Origin: Octopus sinensis
Lineage: Eukaryota
DNA length: 64,000 bases
Assembly (NCBI RefSeq): GCF_006345805.1
Contig: NC_043002.1
Span: forward strand, 21,824,001 to 21,888,000
Direction: 5' to 3'
Shown here: in pieces, positions 1 through 11,875 of the stretch
Numbering within the stretch: the stretch's first letter is position 1
Layout of the letters: the number at the start of each line of letters is the position of its first letter
Notes under the pieces: generated by a model
What the model saw: only the letters and a program-made list of their open reading frames with translations
Told to the model about the DNA's origin: nothing
Database searches by the model: none
Made by a program: the position numbers and the translations under genes

Positions 1-199
1 AAATTACGTTGATAAAGCATTAATTAAAGTAATGAATTTATGTGTGTTTTTTCAACTTTTTTACCAGAGGTCACTTTTAGTTGATGGTCATCAAATGTTC
101 CCTTCTCTTTATCAAAAACTTAAGTACTGAGTTTAAAAACCGGATTCTTCTTCAAATGTTTTCAGAATATTTCCATTCAATTGGATAAGTTTACTAGAA

Positions 200-1290
200 T
201 TATAAAACCCAAAAAATTTGTAATAAAACCAGTTTTACAAAATTGAATAACTTTGCATAAATTCGAAAACTGTTATTTAAAAGAATGAAGGAATTAAAAC
301 CAGTTCTAGAAAACTAGATAGTTGTGCTAGAGTTAGCAAGCAGTTATACAAAAGGCACAAAAGTGGATAGCTCAACAATTATGTATGCTAGATAACCATG
401 TAAAACTTTGTGAAGAATTTTGCATGATAACTGTTTCTAAGTTATGTTATAGAGGTAGTTAGCTTCTGCTACTCAGGTCACATTGTAAAATAATATATAT
501 ATATATATAATATATAAATATATACTGCAGATGACATTTAGGTAGTCTGGGAATAGATTCAAATTTAACAACATAAATAAATAAGAAGAAAGAAAGAAAT
601 TTTCCAATACAGCCCATTAATTCTGCAAGTAGAGATAGTGACCTGGACTAAATTTATTCATAAACGAGTATTGTAATTTGCTTGAAGTATGGTCATATGT
701 GCAAATAAAACAAATGAATATGAAAATCTTCGAACAATGCAGGTGGGTTAAGCGTAATAGATAAGGTGAAGTCAATGAATGAAAACAAAGCAAAGAAGGA
801 TATTGTATTACCCTACATAGATTGTTTAATGATCCTGTAATGTTTTGAGAAAAAGTTCTCCTTTTCAGATAGGAAAAAGAAAATAAAGAGAATATTGGAA
901 TTCAGTTCACCAGCAAATGATTGCATTTACTAGACAAAACCAGTATCCTCTTTAGCAATTTCGTAAACTAGAAAGTGCTATGTAGATATTAGAGAATAAA
1001 TAGTAACGCTAGAATCATCTAGTTTTATAAAAGCATTAGAAAGCAGTTATATAAAATTGCATAGCACTACAAGTGTTGTAAACTGGCTATATAAATCACT
1101 ATATCTGAGTTAGAAAACAGTTATCTGAAAACAGTTATATAGAGTCAGAAAACAATTATACAAACTGGATAATTCTACAAGTGTTGTAATGTTATAATAG
1201 TTAGTTATTCAAGAGTAGATAACTCTACAAGCATTTTAAATTGTTTAGAAAACAATTATATAAAACTGGATGACTCTAAAATAGTTAAAT
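200..1290. repeat. Degenerate AT-rich tandem-like repeat region
   Basis: Recurring motif like TTAGAAAACAGTTATA(T/C)AAAACTGGATAACTCTACAAG in 200-400 and 1030-1290; no long ORF. Confidence 0.5.
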
Positions 1291-1377
1291 AAATTAACTC
1301 CATGCAAGTTACATTATAAAAAGGAATCACTTTAACAGTTATAAAATAGTTGTAACAATATAACACTACAAAAAATC

Positions 1378-1415
<38 letters not shown>

Positions 1416-1427
1416 TCACACACACAC
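1378..1427. repeat. (TA)n(CA)n microsatellite
   Basis: Direct reading. Confidence 0.95.
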
Positions 1428-2134
1428 CATATTTGATGGCATGAGATACAATTGTTTCCCACCAAAACGCCTTAAAGAATCTCCCGAAGTCTTATATGCA
1501 AAATTGAGCCTATATTACATGCTTCAGTGCACTAAAACATTTTTCCTCTGCTGAAATTGGAGTACATCTAATGAGCCTGTGTATCTTTTGTGTCATCAAA
1601 TACAGCACACACACACACACATATATGTGTGTATATATATATATATTATATATATATATATCATACACGCACACAGTAGAACTCCAGTTTATGAATGCCT
1701 CTCATCACAAACAAATCAGTTTATAAACAATTTTTCGAACACAAAATGTCCCATGTGATGGACTGTGTCTTGAGTAACAAACACATAAGCTGGCAACAAT
1801 GGTTGGTGAGAAGCTGGGAGTGTCAGCACAAAAGCATCAGTTGTTGCCTAGCTTTCAGTCATTGCTCATCCCTGCTCAAATTCACTGTCCCTTCTCTTGA
1901 ATTTTCTAAAGGAGAAATAGTTTCCATTTACAAGCACCTTGGATGATGACTGGCCCTGAAGAATCGATTAAATTTGTAAACCAAGGTTCTCCTCTGTATA
2001 TGATATATATATATATAATATCTATACAATATGTTACATTACTCGGTAGTCAAGATAAAACTCTGAGTTTCAGATTTCCTCTATTTACATAATATTGAGG
2101 TCTCTTTCTTTTGTTATCTTACCGTTTTATCAAT

Positions 2135-2178
<44 letters not shown>

Positions 2179-2184
2179 TATACA

Positions 2185-2397
2185 TAGGGTGGCCCAAAAG
2201 TAGGTTTACAGGTATTCAACTATCTCTTTTGCATTCATATATTAACAGTTTAGATCTTAATTATGAAAAAATATGAAACTATTATTCTATGCTAATTTAG
2301 TTAATTGTAAGATAGAAATTTAAATGTAATAAAATGTTTTAAAACAAATTTAAATTGCTTACATGATAACTGTAAACCTACTTTGTTGGCCACCCTG
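2185..2397. mobile_element. Tc1/mariner-type MITE
   Basis: ~28-bp TIRs (T/C)AGGGTGGCC..AAAGTAGGTTTACAG at both ends, embedded in TA/CA runs; non-coding AT-rich interior. Confidence 0.8.
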
Positions 2398-2401
2398 TGT
2401 G

Positions 2402-2492
<91 letters not shown>
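2402..2492. repeat. (CA)n/(TA)n microsatellite
   Basis: Direct reading. Confidence 0.95.
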
Positions 2493-2493
<1 letters not shown>

Positions 2494-2756
2494 AAATTAG
2501 AAAAAAAAACACCTTTTATCAATTCAAAATGAACAATTAAATTACACCATTTAGAAAATTACATATAATAGAAATATTAGAATTAAAATAACAATAAAAT
2601 GTCAATGATTAAGTAAATTGCAAAAAATAATAAAAACGTATATAATAGGTATATATATATATGATAATATTAATAATATTAGGGAGTATAACTCCAAACT
2701 TACAGGGAAAAATTCAGTTTAGTATTAAATCAAATTTCATAATATAAATATAAAAT

Positions 2757-2885
2757 ATATAAATTAGAGAAAAACCACTATTATGCAATTTATGGTTTTA
2801 AAAAATTTATATTTTATTTTTTTATTTATGATTTGGTTTATGTCTATCATTGTTTGAATTGCATAATAGTGGTTTTTCTCTAATT

Positions 2886-2890
<5 letters not shown>
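2757..2890. repeat. Perfect 34-bp inverted repeat with 66-bp spacer
   Basis: 2757-2790 ATATAAATTAGAGAAAAACCACTATTATGCAATT is the exact reverse complement of 2857-2890. Confidence 0.9.
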
Positions 2891-2931
<41 letters not shown>

Positions 2932-2937
2932 AAATAA

Positions 2938-2982
<45 letters not shown>

Positions 2983-3005
2983 ATTTATTTATACATATAT
3001 ATGTG
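2890..3005. repeat. (TA)n microsatellite
   Basis: Direct reading. Confidence 0.95.
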
Positions 3006-3399
3006 TGTACATAATGTACATACACACTTACTAACCAGAAAACCTCTCTTTGTCTGGTACTGTTCAAGCCTCACTGATCTTTACCCTCTCTCTCTCTTCT
3101 CTCTCTTTCCTTCTCTTTCTATAGTAGTGTCCTGTCTGCACCCTACAGAATGATCCAGCGGTTAAAGAAAGATTCCAACTTCTGATATGGAATAAGTAAA
3201 AGATTATAAGAGTCCAGTAAGTCTAATATATTCACACTCCTGCACTCCATCACATCACAATGCCTATTGAGTTGGGCACGGTAAGGTTCACGTTCTGGCA
3301 GTCGTCTTGGCACTGCTTATTCGGCATCATTGAGTCAATGCTGACTATTTTGACATTTCTCCTTTTAAAGTTTCTCCTGTTTTATTGTTTCTGATTTTC

Positions 3400-3524
3400 T
3401 CTCTCTCCCTCTCTTTATCTCTCTCTCTCCCTTTATTTATATGTGTGACCATTTTTCTCTTTGTGCATTTGATGAGAGGCTAAGTGTTTGTCAACTGTGT
3501 TCTATTAATAAATTGCTATGTTGT

Positions 3525-3561
<37 letters not shown>

Positions 3562-4307
3562 TCTCTTGCTCTGTCTTTCTGTCTCTCTCACTTTTTCTCT
3601 CCCCTCTTGTTCTTTCACTCTGTCTCTCTCACTTTCCCTCTCCTCTCTTGCTTTCTCTGTCACTCACTTTCTCTCTTCTCCCTTGCTTTCTCTATCTCTC
3701 TCCTTCCTTGTTCTCTCTCTCTCTGTCTCTTTCACTTTCTCTCTCCTCCCTTGCTCTCTGTCTCACTTTCTTCTCCCTTGCTCTTTGTGTCTCTCACTTT
3801 CTCTCTCCCTCCCTCTCTCCCTCTATCTCCTTCTTCTCTCCCTCTCCCTCCCCTCTCCCCCTCCCTCTCCCTCGCCCTTCTATCTCCCCTTTCTCTTCTC
3901 TCCCTCTCCTTCCTTTTCTCCCCTCTTCCTTCTCTCTTCTCCCTTGCTTTCTCTATCTCTCTCATGTTCTCTCTCTTTCCTTGTTCTCTCTCTCTCTCTG
4001 TCTCTTTCACTTTCTCTCTCTCCTCCCTTGCTCTCTGTCTCACTTTCTTCTCCCTTGCTTTCTCTATCTCTCTCCTTCCTTGCTCTCTCTGTCTCACTTT
4101 CTTCTCCCTTGCTCTTTGTGTCTCTCACTTTCTCTCTCCCTCCTCTCTCCTCTCTGTCCCTTCTCTCCCTCTCTGCCTCTTCTCTCCCTCTCCTTCCTTT
4201 TCTCCCCCTCTTCCTTCTCTCTTCTCCCTTGCTTTCTCTATCTCTCTCCTTCCTTGTTCTCTCTCTCTCTCTCTGTCTCTTTCACTTTCTCTCTCCTTCC
4301 TTGTTCT

Positions 4308-4343
<36 letters not shown>

Positions 4344-4822
4344 ACTTCTCTTGCTCTGTCTTTCTGTCTCTCTCACTTTTTCTCTCCCCTCTTGTTCTTT
4401 CACTCTGTCTCTCTCACTTTCCCTCTCCTCTCTTGCTTTCTCTGTCACTCACTTTCTCTCTCCTTCCTTGTTCTCTCTCTCTCTCTCTCTGTCTCTTTCA
4501 CTTTCTCTCTCCCTCTGTCTCCTTCTTCTCTCCTCTCCCTCTCCTCTCCCTCGCCCTCCTATCTCCCCTTTCTCTTCTCTCCCTCTCCTTCCTTTTCTCC
4601 CCCTCTTCCTTCTCTCTTCTCTCTTCCTTTCCCTTTTATCTCCTTCTCCTTCCTTTTCTCTCCTTCTCTCTTCTCTTCCCTCTTCTCTCCCTCCTCTCTC
4701 CCTCCTCTTTTCCTTTCCCGCTTCTCTCCCTCCTCTCTCCCTCTCTGTCCCTTCTCTCCCTCTCTGTCCCTTCTCTCCCTCTCTGTCCCTTCTCTCCCTC
4801 TCTGCCTCTTCTCTCCCTCTGT
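3400..4822. repeat. ~1.4-kb CT-rich polypyrimidine low-complexity tract with internal duplications
   Basis: Almost only C/T on +; blocks such as CTCCTTCCTTGTTCTCTCTCTCTCTGTCTCTTTCACTTTCTCTCTC recur; source of the long S/L/F/P and R/E ORFs. Confidence 0.95.
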
Positions 4823-5727
4823 TTATGTGTGTGAGCATATTTCTCTTTATGTACATGAGGAGAGGAAAAGTGCTTACATCACCTGTGTCCAATAAATAAA
4901 TTGTAATCTCTCTCTCTTCATATGTGTAAGCATCTAGTTATGCTTGTATGTATAACATCCTTCTGTATGTATATATTCTGTACATATGCATATGCACGCA
5001 TGTGTTTGCCTGCAGTCTCCAAAAGGTCTGTTACCAAACTAAGCTGTATGCCCAGACAGCCATTCTGAACCAAGAGCATCCAAAAAGCTGCGCCCAGTTG
5101 TCTCATTCTGCAGTAAAGCAAGACTAAAAAAAAAAAGAAAAAATTTGTCCCCTACACACCCACTAAAATAAATGTTCTCATGGTAAATATTGTTATTTTT
5201 ATCATTTCTGTTTATTTTCGTCTGCATCAAATTCAGCTCATTTGCATCTTTTATATATGTGTGTGTGTGGTTAGGGTGGGTGGTCTTGTTTGGATATTTT
5301 GTTTTCCTTTTTGTCTCATTAGATGATGGTTGTTAGTTTTCTTTTGTTGGTGGTGTGGTGTTTTATTTGTAAACTTTTTCTAATTATATGTATGTATGCA
5401 TGGATGTGTGTGTGTGTGTGTGTGTGTGTGTAATGAGCAGGTTGCCTGTGTGTTTCAATTAACTTTCAATGTAATCAAGACATTGTTGGAGGATGAGAGT
5501 AATAAAATATTTGTAACGGGATATCATGGTGTGTGTGTGTGTGTGTGGATGTGTAATTTCATTGTATATTTGCATTATTTATATCTGTAACTTTATATAT
5601 TGATGTATGTCATATGCATAATTGATTACTTGAGATTTTTAATTTAAATACAAGCACTTCAGTATGGATGATCTCAGGTGTATTGTCATAAAAAGCACGT
5701 TTCAACTTTCCACATGTTTCATAAATA

Positions 5728-5935
5728 AATATATATATATATATACATGTATGTATGTATGTATGTATGTATATACGTATGTATGTATGTATGTATGTAT
5801 ATATGTATGTATATATGTATGTATGCATATATATATATGTATGTATATGTAAGTATATATGTATGTATGTATATGTAAGTATATATGTATGTATATATAT
5901 GTATATATATGTATGTATATATGTGTGTGTGTGTG
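5728..5935. repeat. (TA)n/(TATG)n/(TG)n compound microsatellite
   Basis: Direct reading. Confidence 0.95.
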
Positions 5936-6139
5936 TTTTTGCTTCTTTGCGTTAGTGTGTGACTGTGTGTGCATGCTTGTGTGTATGTGATAATTTTTTT
6001 CCTCTCCCGTATTGTTACTTGTATTGTTTTGTCTGGCTCAGTTTCATTTTGTTCAGTTCAATTTATTGACATTGTATGAATTAAACTATAGCAGACTTGC
6101 TGTCTGCCAACCCACCTCATGTTTCAGCAATGTTAACAA

Positions 6140-6700
6140 ATTACGCTGCAATAATTATGGCATAATATACCTTAGTAATTATAGTATAATTTATAGAAAT
6201 AACTATTACATATGTTACAATATAAATGAGTTTTTTAAAGAAGACTTTCGAACAATGCAAGTGAGAAGTTAAGCAAAATTTGTGAGATGATGCCATTTAA
6301 GGCAAATGCATGATGTTGTATCACCTTGCATAGGTTGATTAATTATAGCAGATTATACAACTATAATTATAATATACAGCAATAACTGGAACATCTGCAG
6401 CAATAACAATCATAACATTATGCCAATAACTGTAACATATTGTACAAAACTATTTAGAATATATCCAACAATAATCATAATGTTATATATGATCATATGT
6501 TATAATTATTGTATATCATTATACTGTGTTATAATTATAACTATAACATTATATAGCAGTAATTACAATATAATACCGTAATGATTATAATATTGAAAAG
6601 TAATAAGATAACATCTAAAATATATTTTATGATAATAATTATAGTATATGCAATAATAATTAAAATATGTACAATAGTTAATAGCACAGCACAATTATCT
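6140..6700. repeat. Degenerate AT-rich repeat (TATAGCAATAATTATAAC-like)
   Basis: Short motif recurs imperfectly; very low GC. Confidence 0.45.
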
Positions 6701-7049
6701 TTAGAAATTTTGTTCATATAACACCAATTTATCAGCTAGTGCTGATATCTTATGCCAATATTCATGGTTGTATGCATACTTACACACAAGTTCATACATG
6801 TGTATACATAAATGCATAAATTCATAAATAGATATGTAATGATACAGTCTATTATAGATAATACAAAATTCAAATTCAAAGTTTTATGTTCAGATTATGC
6901 TAAACGATCATCAGATGAAAAGTAATACCTGTTCTTAAAATGTTCAATATACATAAGGTCTCTTATTAAGCAAAGTTTCCAGTGTTGCATTCTGGATTGA
7001 AAATTTATAGGGGATATAACTCATTACATTTAAGTATTGCTTGGGTAGT

Positions 7050-7930
7050 TAGAAAATGTGGGACTTGGATAATATATCTAAAGAAAAGTGGAAATTTAAA
7101 AGAGAATGAATGTGGGAAGTTGAAGAGTAAAAATTAAGAAGTATATTGTTATAAAGTATAGTAATATCAGAAGTGCCTATTGAACATGAGGAAAGGAAAC
7201 AAAGAGAATGTGAATCTGCCTAGTAAATAGTTAAGTATTGATCCATTCAATTACATGGTTGTGTAATCTTCCAGTATTTCAGCAGGTAATTGTTGAAGTA
7301 ATGACATTTGGTGAAAATTTCTGATCTCTCATTCAATACTCTGCAGATTTACTAAGGTTTTTGAGTATAACACTCTTGTTAGTTATACTTAAAATTTTTG
7401 CTTACTTAAAGTATCAGAGTCCTCATGTTCGTTTGAAGTTTGTGTATGATCATTTGGCAATGTAAAGATATGCGATACTGTTGATTTGTATCCTACTGCA
7501 ATCAATAAGAAATTTGCTGCAATAGTTATATGACCATTCAGAGAATATGGATTGGCTGTATCCCAGCCTACCAAAGGAGATACATTTAGAAAGAAAAACC
7601 ATATTACCAAATTCAATAATTTTGCCCTAAAAATAACTAAAAGAACTATTATCACAAACTTGTGTATCATAAACTTCTTAGATGATACGTTCAACAACAT
7701 ATAAATACAACCCTAATAGCAAACCTAATGAACTAATGTATTAAAGAATGAATCGGTATATTTATATGGATTTGTGCTTTGCATCCACTGAATCTTAAAA
7801 CCTAATTAATAATATCAATAGAAGAATCTCTAACCTACCTTTAAAAGGGACTTTAGTAATGCAGTCCTCTACCACAAGAAAGCTTCAGAAGTGGTGGATT
7901 CAAAAATAAGATACCTAACCCCACCTCTAA
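7050..7930 (+). mobile_element. Degraded Penelope-like element, reverse transcriptase remnant
   Basis: Translations SFGNVKICDTVDLY, FREYGLAV, NFLDDTFN, NINRRISNL resemble PLE RT motifs GSFDGAEICELVGLY, YRDDGLAV, NFLDVTFN; many stops and frameshifts. Confidence 0.75.
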
Positions 7931-8094
7931 ATATCTGTGTTTGATCTCTTTACTGATAATGATCAAGCATTCCCAATTAATCATTGTCTGTGAATGGAAA
8001 GAGTTGGAAGAAATTCCACCAAGTATATTGTCTGGTGTGGCAATAACTTTGCCAGTTTATAGCTTAATAATAATAGTAACAATAACATTTGTTT

Positions 8095-8215
8095 CAAAAT
8101 TTAGCACAAGGCCAGCAAGTTTGGTTGGGATGGGGTTAATCACCACTATTGACCCTAGTACTTGAGTGGCTCTTTATTTTAACAGCCTGAAAGGATCGAC
8201 AGTAAAGTTGAACTC
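8095..8215 (-). mobile_element. SINE family 1, degraded copy
   Basis: Similar to the GGCACAAGGCC...GAAAGGAT...AAAGTTGA segments of intact copies. Confidence 0.6.
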
Positions 8216-8259
8216 TGTAGGATTCTTTATTGCAATATATATATATATATATATATATA

Positions 8260-8490
8260 CAGTGTTCAAAAAGTCTTTCTGCAGTGAATTTTTTTTATCC
8301 TGCACATCACCATGGCGCTATTTCAAGAGGTTCTCTGTCAACACATTATTTCAAAGGGACTTTGGCCACCAAGATCACCTGATTTAACATCCCCAGACTT
8401 TTTTTTCTGGGGAGCAAGTAAATGACCAGTGTACAAGAATTGCTCAGAAACCATTAAATACTTACTGTGGAGAGACTTTTTGAACACCCT

Positions 8491-8491
<1 letters not shown>
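8260..8491 (+). mobile_element. Tc1/mariner internal-deletion derivative
   Basis: TIRs CAG(G)GTGTTCAAAAAGTCT..C..CAGT at both ends in TA runs; interior translates LWPPRSPDLTSPDFF (WPPxSPDL transposase motif). Confidence 0.8.
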
Positions 8492-8521
<30 letters not shown>

Positions 8522-8674
8522 GACCTTTTCTACTATAGGTACAAGGTCTGAAATTTTAGGGAAACGGAGCTAGTCAGTCACATCAACCCCAGTGCCTGCA
8601 ACAGAATTTGGACTCAGAACATAAAGATGAATGCAATACCATTAAATATTTTATCCTCCTTCATATACCTTCGG

Positions 8675-9068
8675 GTAAAATGCATCATCCAAATGTGGTC
8701 AATGCCAGTGCCCCCTGACTGGCTCCTATGCTGGTGGCACATAAAAAACACTATTTGAACATGGCCGATGCCAGGGCCGCCTGACTGGCTCCTGTGCTGG
8801 TGGCACATAAAAAGCATCATCCGAATGTGGCCGATGCCAGTGCCCCCTGACTGGCTCCCATGCTGGTGGCATGTAAAATGCACTATCCGAATGTGATCAA
8901 TGCCAGGCCTACCTGGCGTAAAAAGCACCCATTACACTCTCGGAGTGGTTGGCATTAGGAAGGGCATCCAGCTGTAGAAACATTGTCAGATGATATTGGA
9001 GCCTGGTGCAGCTGCTGGCTTCCCAAACTTCAGTCAAACCGTCCAACCCATGCCAGCATGGAAAGCGT
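8675..9068 (+). mobile_element. RTE-LINE 3' UTR fragment with ~60-bp internal tandem repeats
   Basis: About four units GATGCCAGTGCCCCCTGACTGGCTCC..TGCTGGTGGCAC/TGTAAAA, then GGCATTAGGAAGGGCATCCAGCTGTAGAAAC...CAACCCATGCCAGCATGGAAAG as in the LINE tail at 40800-41200. Confidence 0.85.
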
Positions 9069-10675
9069 TTTTTAATTTATTGCATGGGCAGTTTCAAAGA
9101 ATCTCACTCGACAAATACTTAATTTGAAGGACATTGTGTATCCTGGAGAGATAGAGCCAAAAATATTATATGAAAGCACAAAATATATCTTTAGGTTACA
9201 GAATGGAGACTTCAGGTTGGTCAGGAAACCTCAAAGCCTCTGGACCAAGTCTACTAAGAGCAAATTTCTGCTACTAGTTGCTGTCCTTGACCTTAATTCA
9301 CATATTGAGTGCTGTGCTGGTTACTAAGATTTCTAAATGCAGAGTAACATTTAATCCTTTTTGGACATTTTTCTAATGTAATACACAGGCTATGACTTGT
9401 ACCTCGGTGGTGGTGGGGGGGGGGGTGCCATCTTCCCAGAGCTGGAATGAGAGGGCATGTCACTGATGAATCATTAATGACAACAAAAGGACTTTGACAC
9501 ATCTAGCTGATTGATTGACTGAACAATTAATCAGTTAAGTTAGTTAATTGGCTAAATAGTTAACTATTAAACAAATAATAAAGAAGTGAAACAGAAGCAG
9601 TACATGTATTATTTGCATAATGACCCTCCCAAGGTACAATGGAGTATGTTTTAACACACAAGTTCAAATCAAAACTCTTGCACAAACCAAATAAACATCT
9701 TATGGCTTTCAAGTAATTCTTACACAATTATTAAGAATTTAAAGATATTTAGTAAAATAATTAATTTTGTCATTAAATTAGGTGTTTGGAAACATAACTT
9801 CACAAAAGGTTCTTACAGGAAATTACAATAGTTTCAGTTTAGCTTTGAGCAACTCAAATTGAATGATTTTGTGTAAATAGCACCCTGGTTGGTACATAAA
9901 CATGAGGATTGTGATGTTAGCTGATTAGGAAGTAAGAGGAAATAGTCAGTTGGGATGCTGGGGTATAATTTTTTTTTTGTTCTGTTGCTTTTTTTTTTAA
10001 TGGTTCCAGCTAGGAATGGGAAGTGGGTCACAGACTCAGGCAACGGGAGATTAGCATCTAAATAAATCCATAATTCTTTGTAGAATGTTACATAAAGAAA
10101 TATATGAATTAATAAACATATAAATGCATAATACACAATGATAACAACATATATATATATATATATAATAGGCAAATGTATATAAATACAGAAAAAATAC
10201 ATAAGTGAATCAATGAACAAATAAAGAGAAAAATCGACCATTTAACAGGCTGGATGTGTGGCCAACTGTTGGCATGGCTCGTTGGAGCTCTGCCAGCTTC
10301 CTGTCATACCACTGGATGCTTTGGATGGTATCAGAACTGATGGTGGAGTTTGGGCCTTCAGTAAAATTAAAAACAAAAATCAAAAAAAAAATCAAAGAAA
10401 AATAGCAAAAGCTCTAGTAATGGAATGAATCAATGAGATCAGAGATATAACTGAGTTACCTCTACCACCCTTACTCTGTATGTACTTTGATCAATATCTG
10501 TGAGTATGTGTTGTTGTATCTGGGTATGTTTGTGTTTTTGTGTATTTAATCATAGATATGAACATGCTTCTACATCACTTGGTCTTTTGATGGGTTTTTT
10601 TCCAATCAATTGATCCCATAGTTGACAAGTGGTGCTAATATATCAACAGAAATAAGGTGTGTGTGTGTGTGTGTT

Positions 10676-10895
10676 GGCACATGGCTTAGTGGTTAGGATG
10701 TTGCATTCATGATTGTAAGATTGTGATTTCTATTCCTGAACGGGGCGATATGTTGTATTCTTGAGTAAAACACTTCAGTTCATGTTGCTCCAGTCCACTC
10801 AGCTGGCAAAAGTAAGTAACTCTGCGATGGATCGGCCTCTTGTCCAGCAGGGAGAATGAATATATATACCAGAGAAACCAGGAAACTAGCTCTAT
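10676..10895 (+). mobile_element. SINE family 3 (tRNA head, GCTCCAGTCCACTCAGCTGG core)
   Basis: A-box-like TGGCTTAGTGG; core shared with 10912, 18745 and 20005 copies. Confidence 0.7.
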
Positions 10896-10911
10896 GCTCC
10901 TGTGTGTGTGA

Positions 10912-11232
10912 ATGCATATGGATTAGTGGTTAGGGTATTTGGCTCACAATTATAAGGTCATGAGTTCAATACCTGGCAGTGCATCGTGTCCTTGAGCAAG
11001 ACACTTTATTTTACATTGCTCCAGTCCACTCACTCAGCTGGCAAAAATTAATTGTACCTGTATTTGAAAGGGCCAGCTTTGGCCACATTCTGTGTTATGT
11101 TGAATCTCCCTGAGAAATATGTTAAAGGTACATTTGTCTGTGGAGTGCTCAGCCACTTGCACATTAATTTCACAATCAGGCTGTTCCATCGATCAGATCA
11201 AATGGAAGACTTGTCATTGTAACTGACAGAGT
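10912..11232 (+). mobile_element. SINE family 3-related copy
   Basis: A box TGGATTAGTGG, B box GAGTTCAATACC, GTGTCCTTGAGCAAGACACTT core. Confidence 0.75.
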
Positions 11233-11646
11233 ATGTGTGTGTGTGTGTGTGTGTGGTTCTGTTTCTAATCATTATCATTATGGTTGTGATATCTGTGAAT
11301 GTTCTTAGTGTCGGTGTGTTGTTCCGCTTTTGGCATTTTTCTTTTCTTATGGGTCCTCTGTTGATTTCTATGGTGAATATTCAGTTATTCAATCAACTGG
11401 ACATCTGTCTTGTTAAATTAACATGTACACATCTGAGTATTCTACAGACACTTGGAATACTCAGCCAAGTAGTTCCCAAGCCAAATCTGCATAGCACAGC
11501 ACAATCTGTAAAGTATTAAATTAGTAGTACAGTCCATTTGACAGGCTTCCAAATGGTTTCCATCAACCCAGTTTCACTCACAAAGGGTTGACCCAAATTA
11601 CGGTAAAAATACTTGCCCAAGATACCATACAGTGGTATTGAACCCT

Positions 11647-11875
11647 CAACGAGCTGGCAGAATCGTTAGCACGCCGGGTGAAATGCTTAGCGGTATCTCG
11701 TCTGCTGTTACGTTCTGAGTTCAAATTCCTCCGAGGTCGACTTTGCCTTTCAACCTTTCGGGGTCGATAAATTAAGTACCAGTTGCATACTGGAGTTGAT
11801 ATAATCGACTTAATACCTTTGTCTGTCCTTGTTTGTCCCCTCTATGTTTAGCCCCTTGTGGGTAATAAAGAAATA
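11647..11875 (+). mobile_element. SINE family 1 monomer with 13-bp TSD, nested in a family 2 remnant
   Basis: Head GAGCTGGCAGAATCGTTAG, B box GAGTTCAAATTCC, tail AATAAAGAAATA; flanked by GGTATTGAACCCT at 11634-11646 and 11876-11888. The central GTCGACTTTGCCTTTCATCCTTTCGGGGTCGATAAA..AAGTACCAG resembles the Meta/Sauria-SINE domain as I recall it. Confidence 0.92.

Noticed and set aside
3441-4899. Three overlapping 438-484-aa plus ORFs and R/E-rich minus ORFs
   Set aside because: The CT-only tract lacks stop codons in all frames; the peptides are compositional artefacts.
9124-9327. 67-aa plus ORF (…KDIVYPGEIEPKILYESTKY…)
   Set aside because: No recognisable domain or convincing splice sites; ORFs of this length occur by chance.
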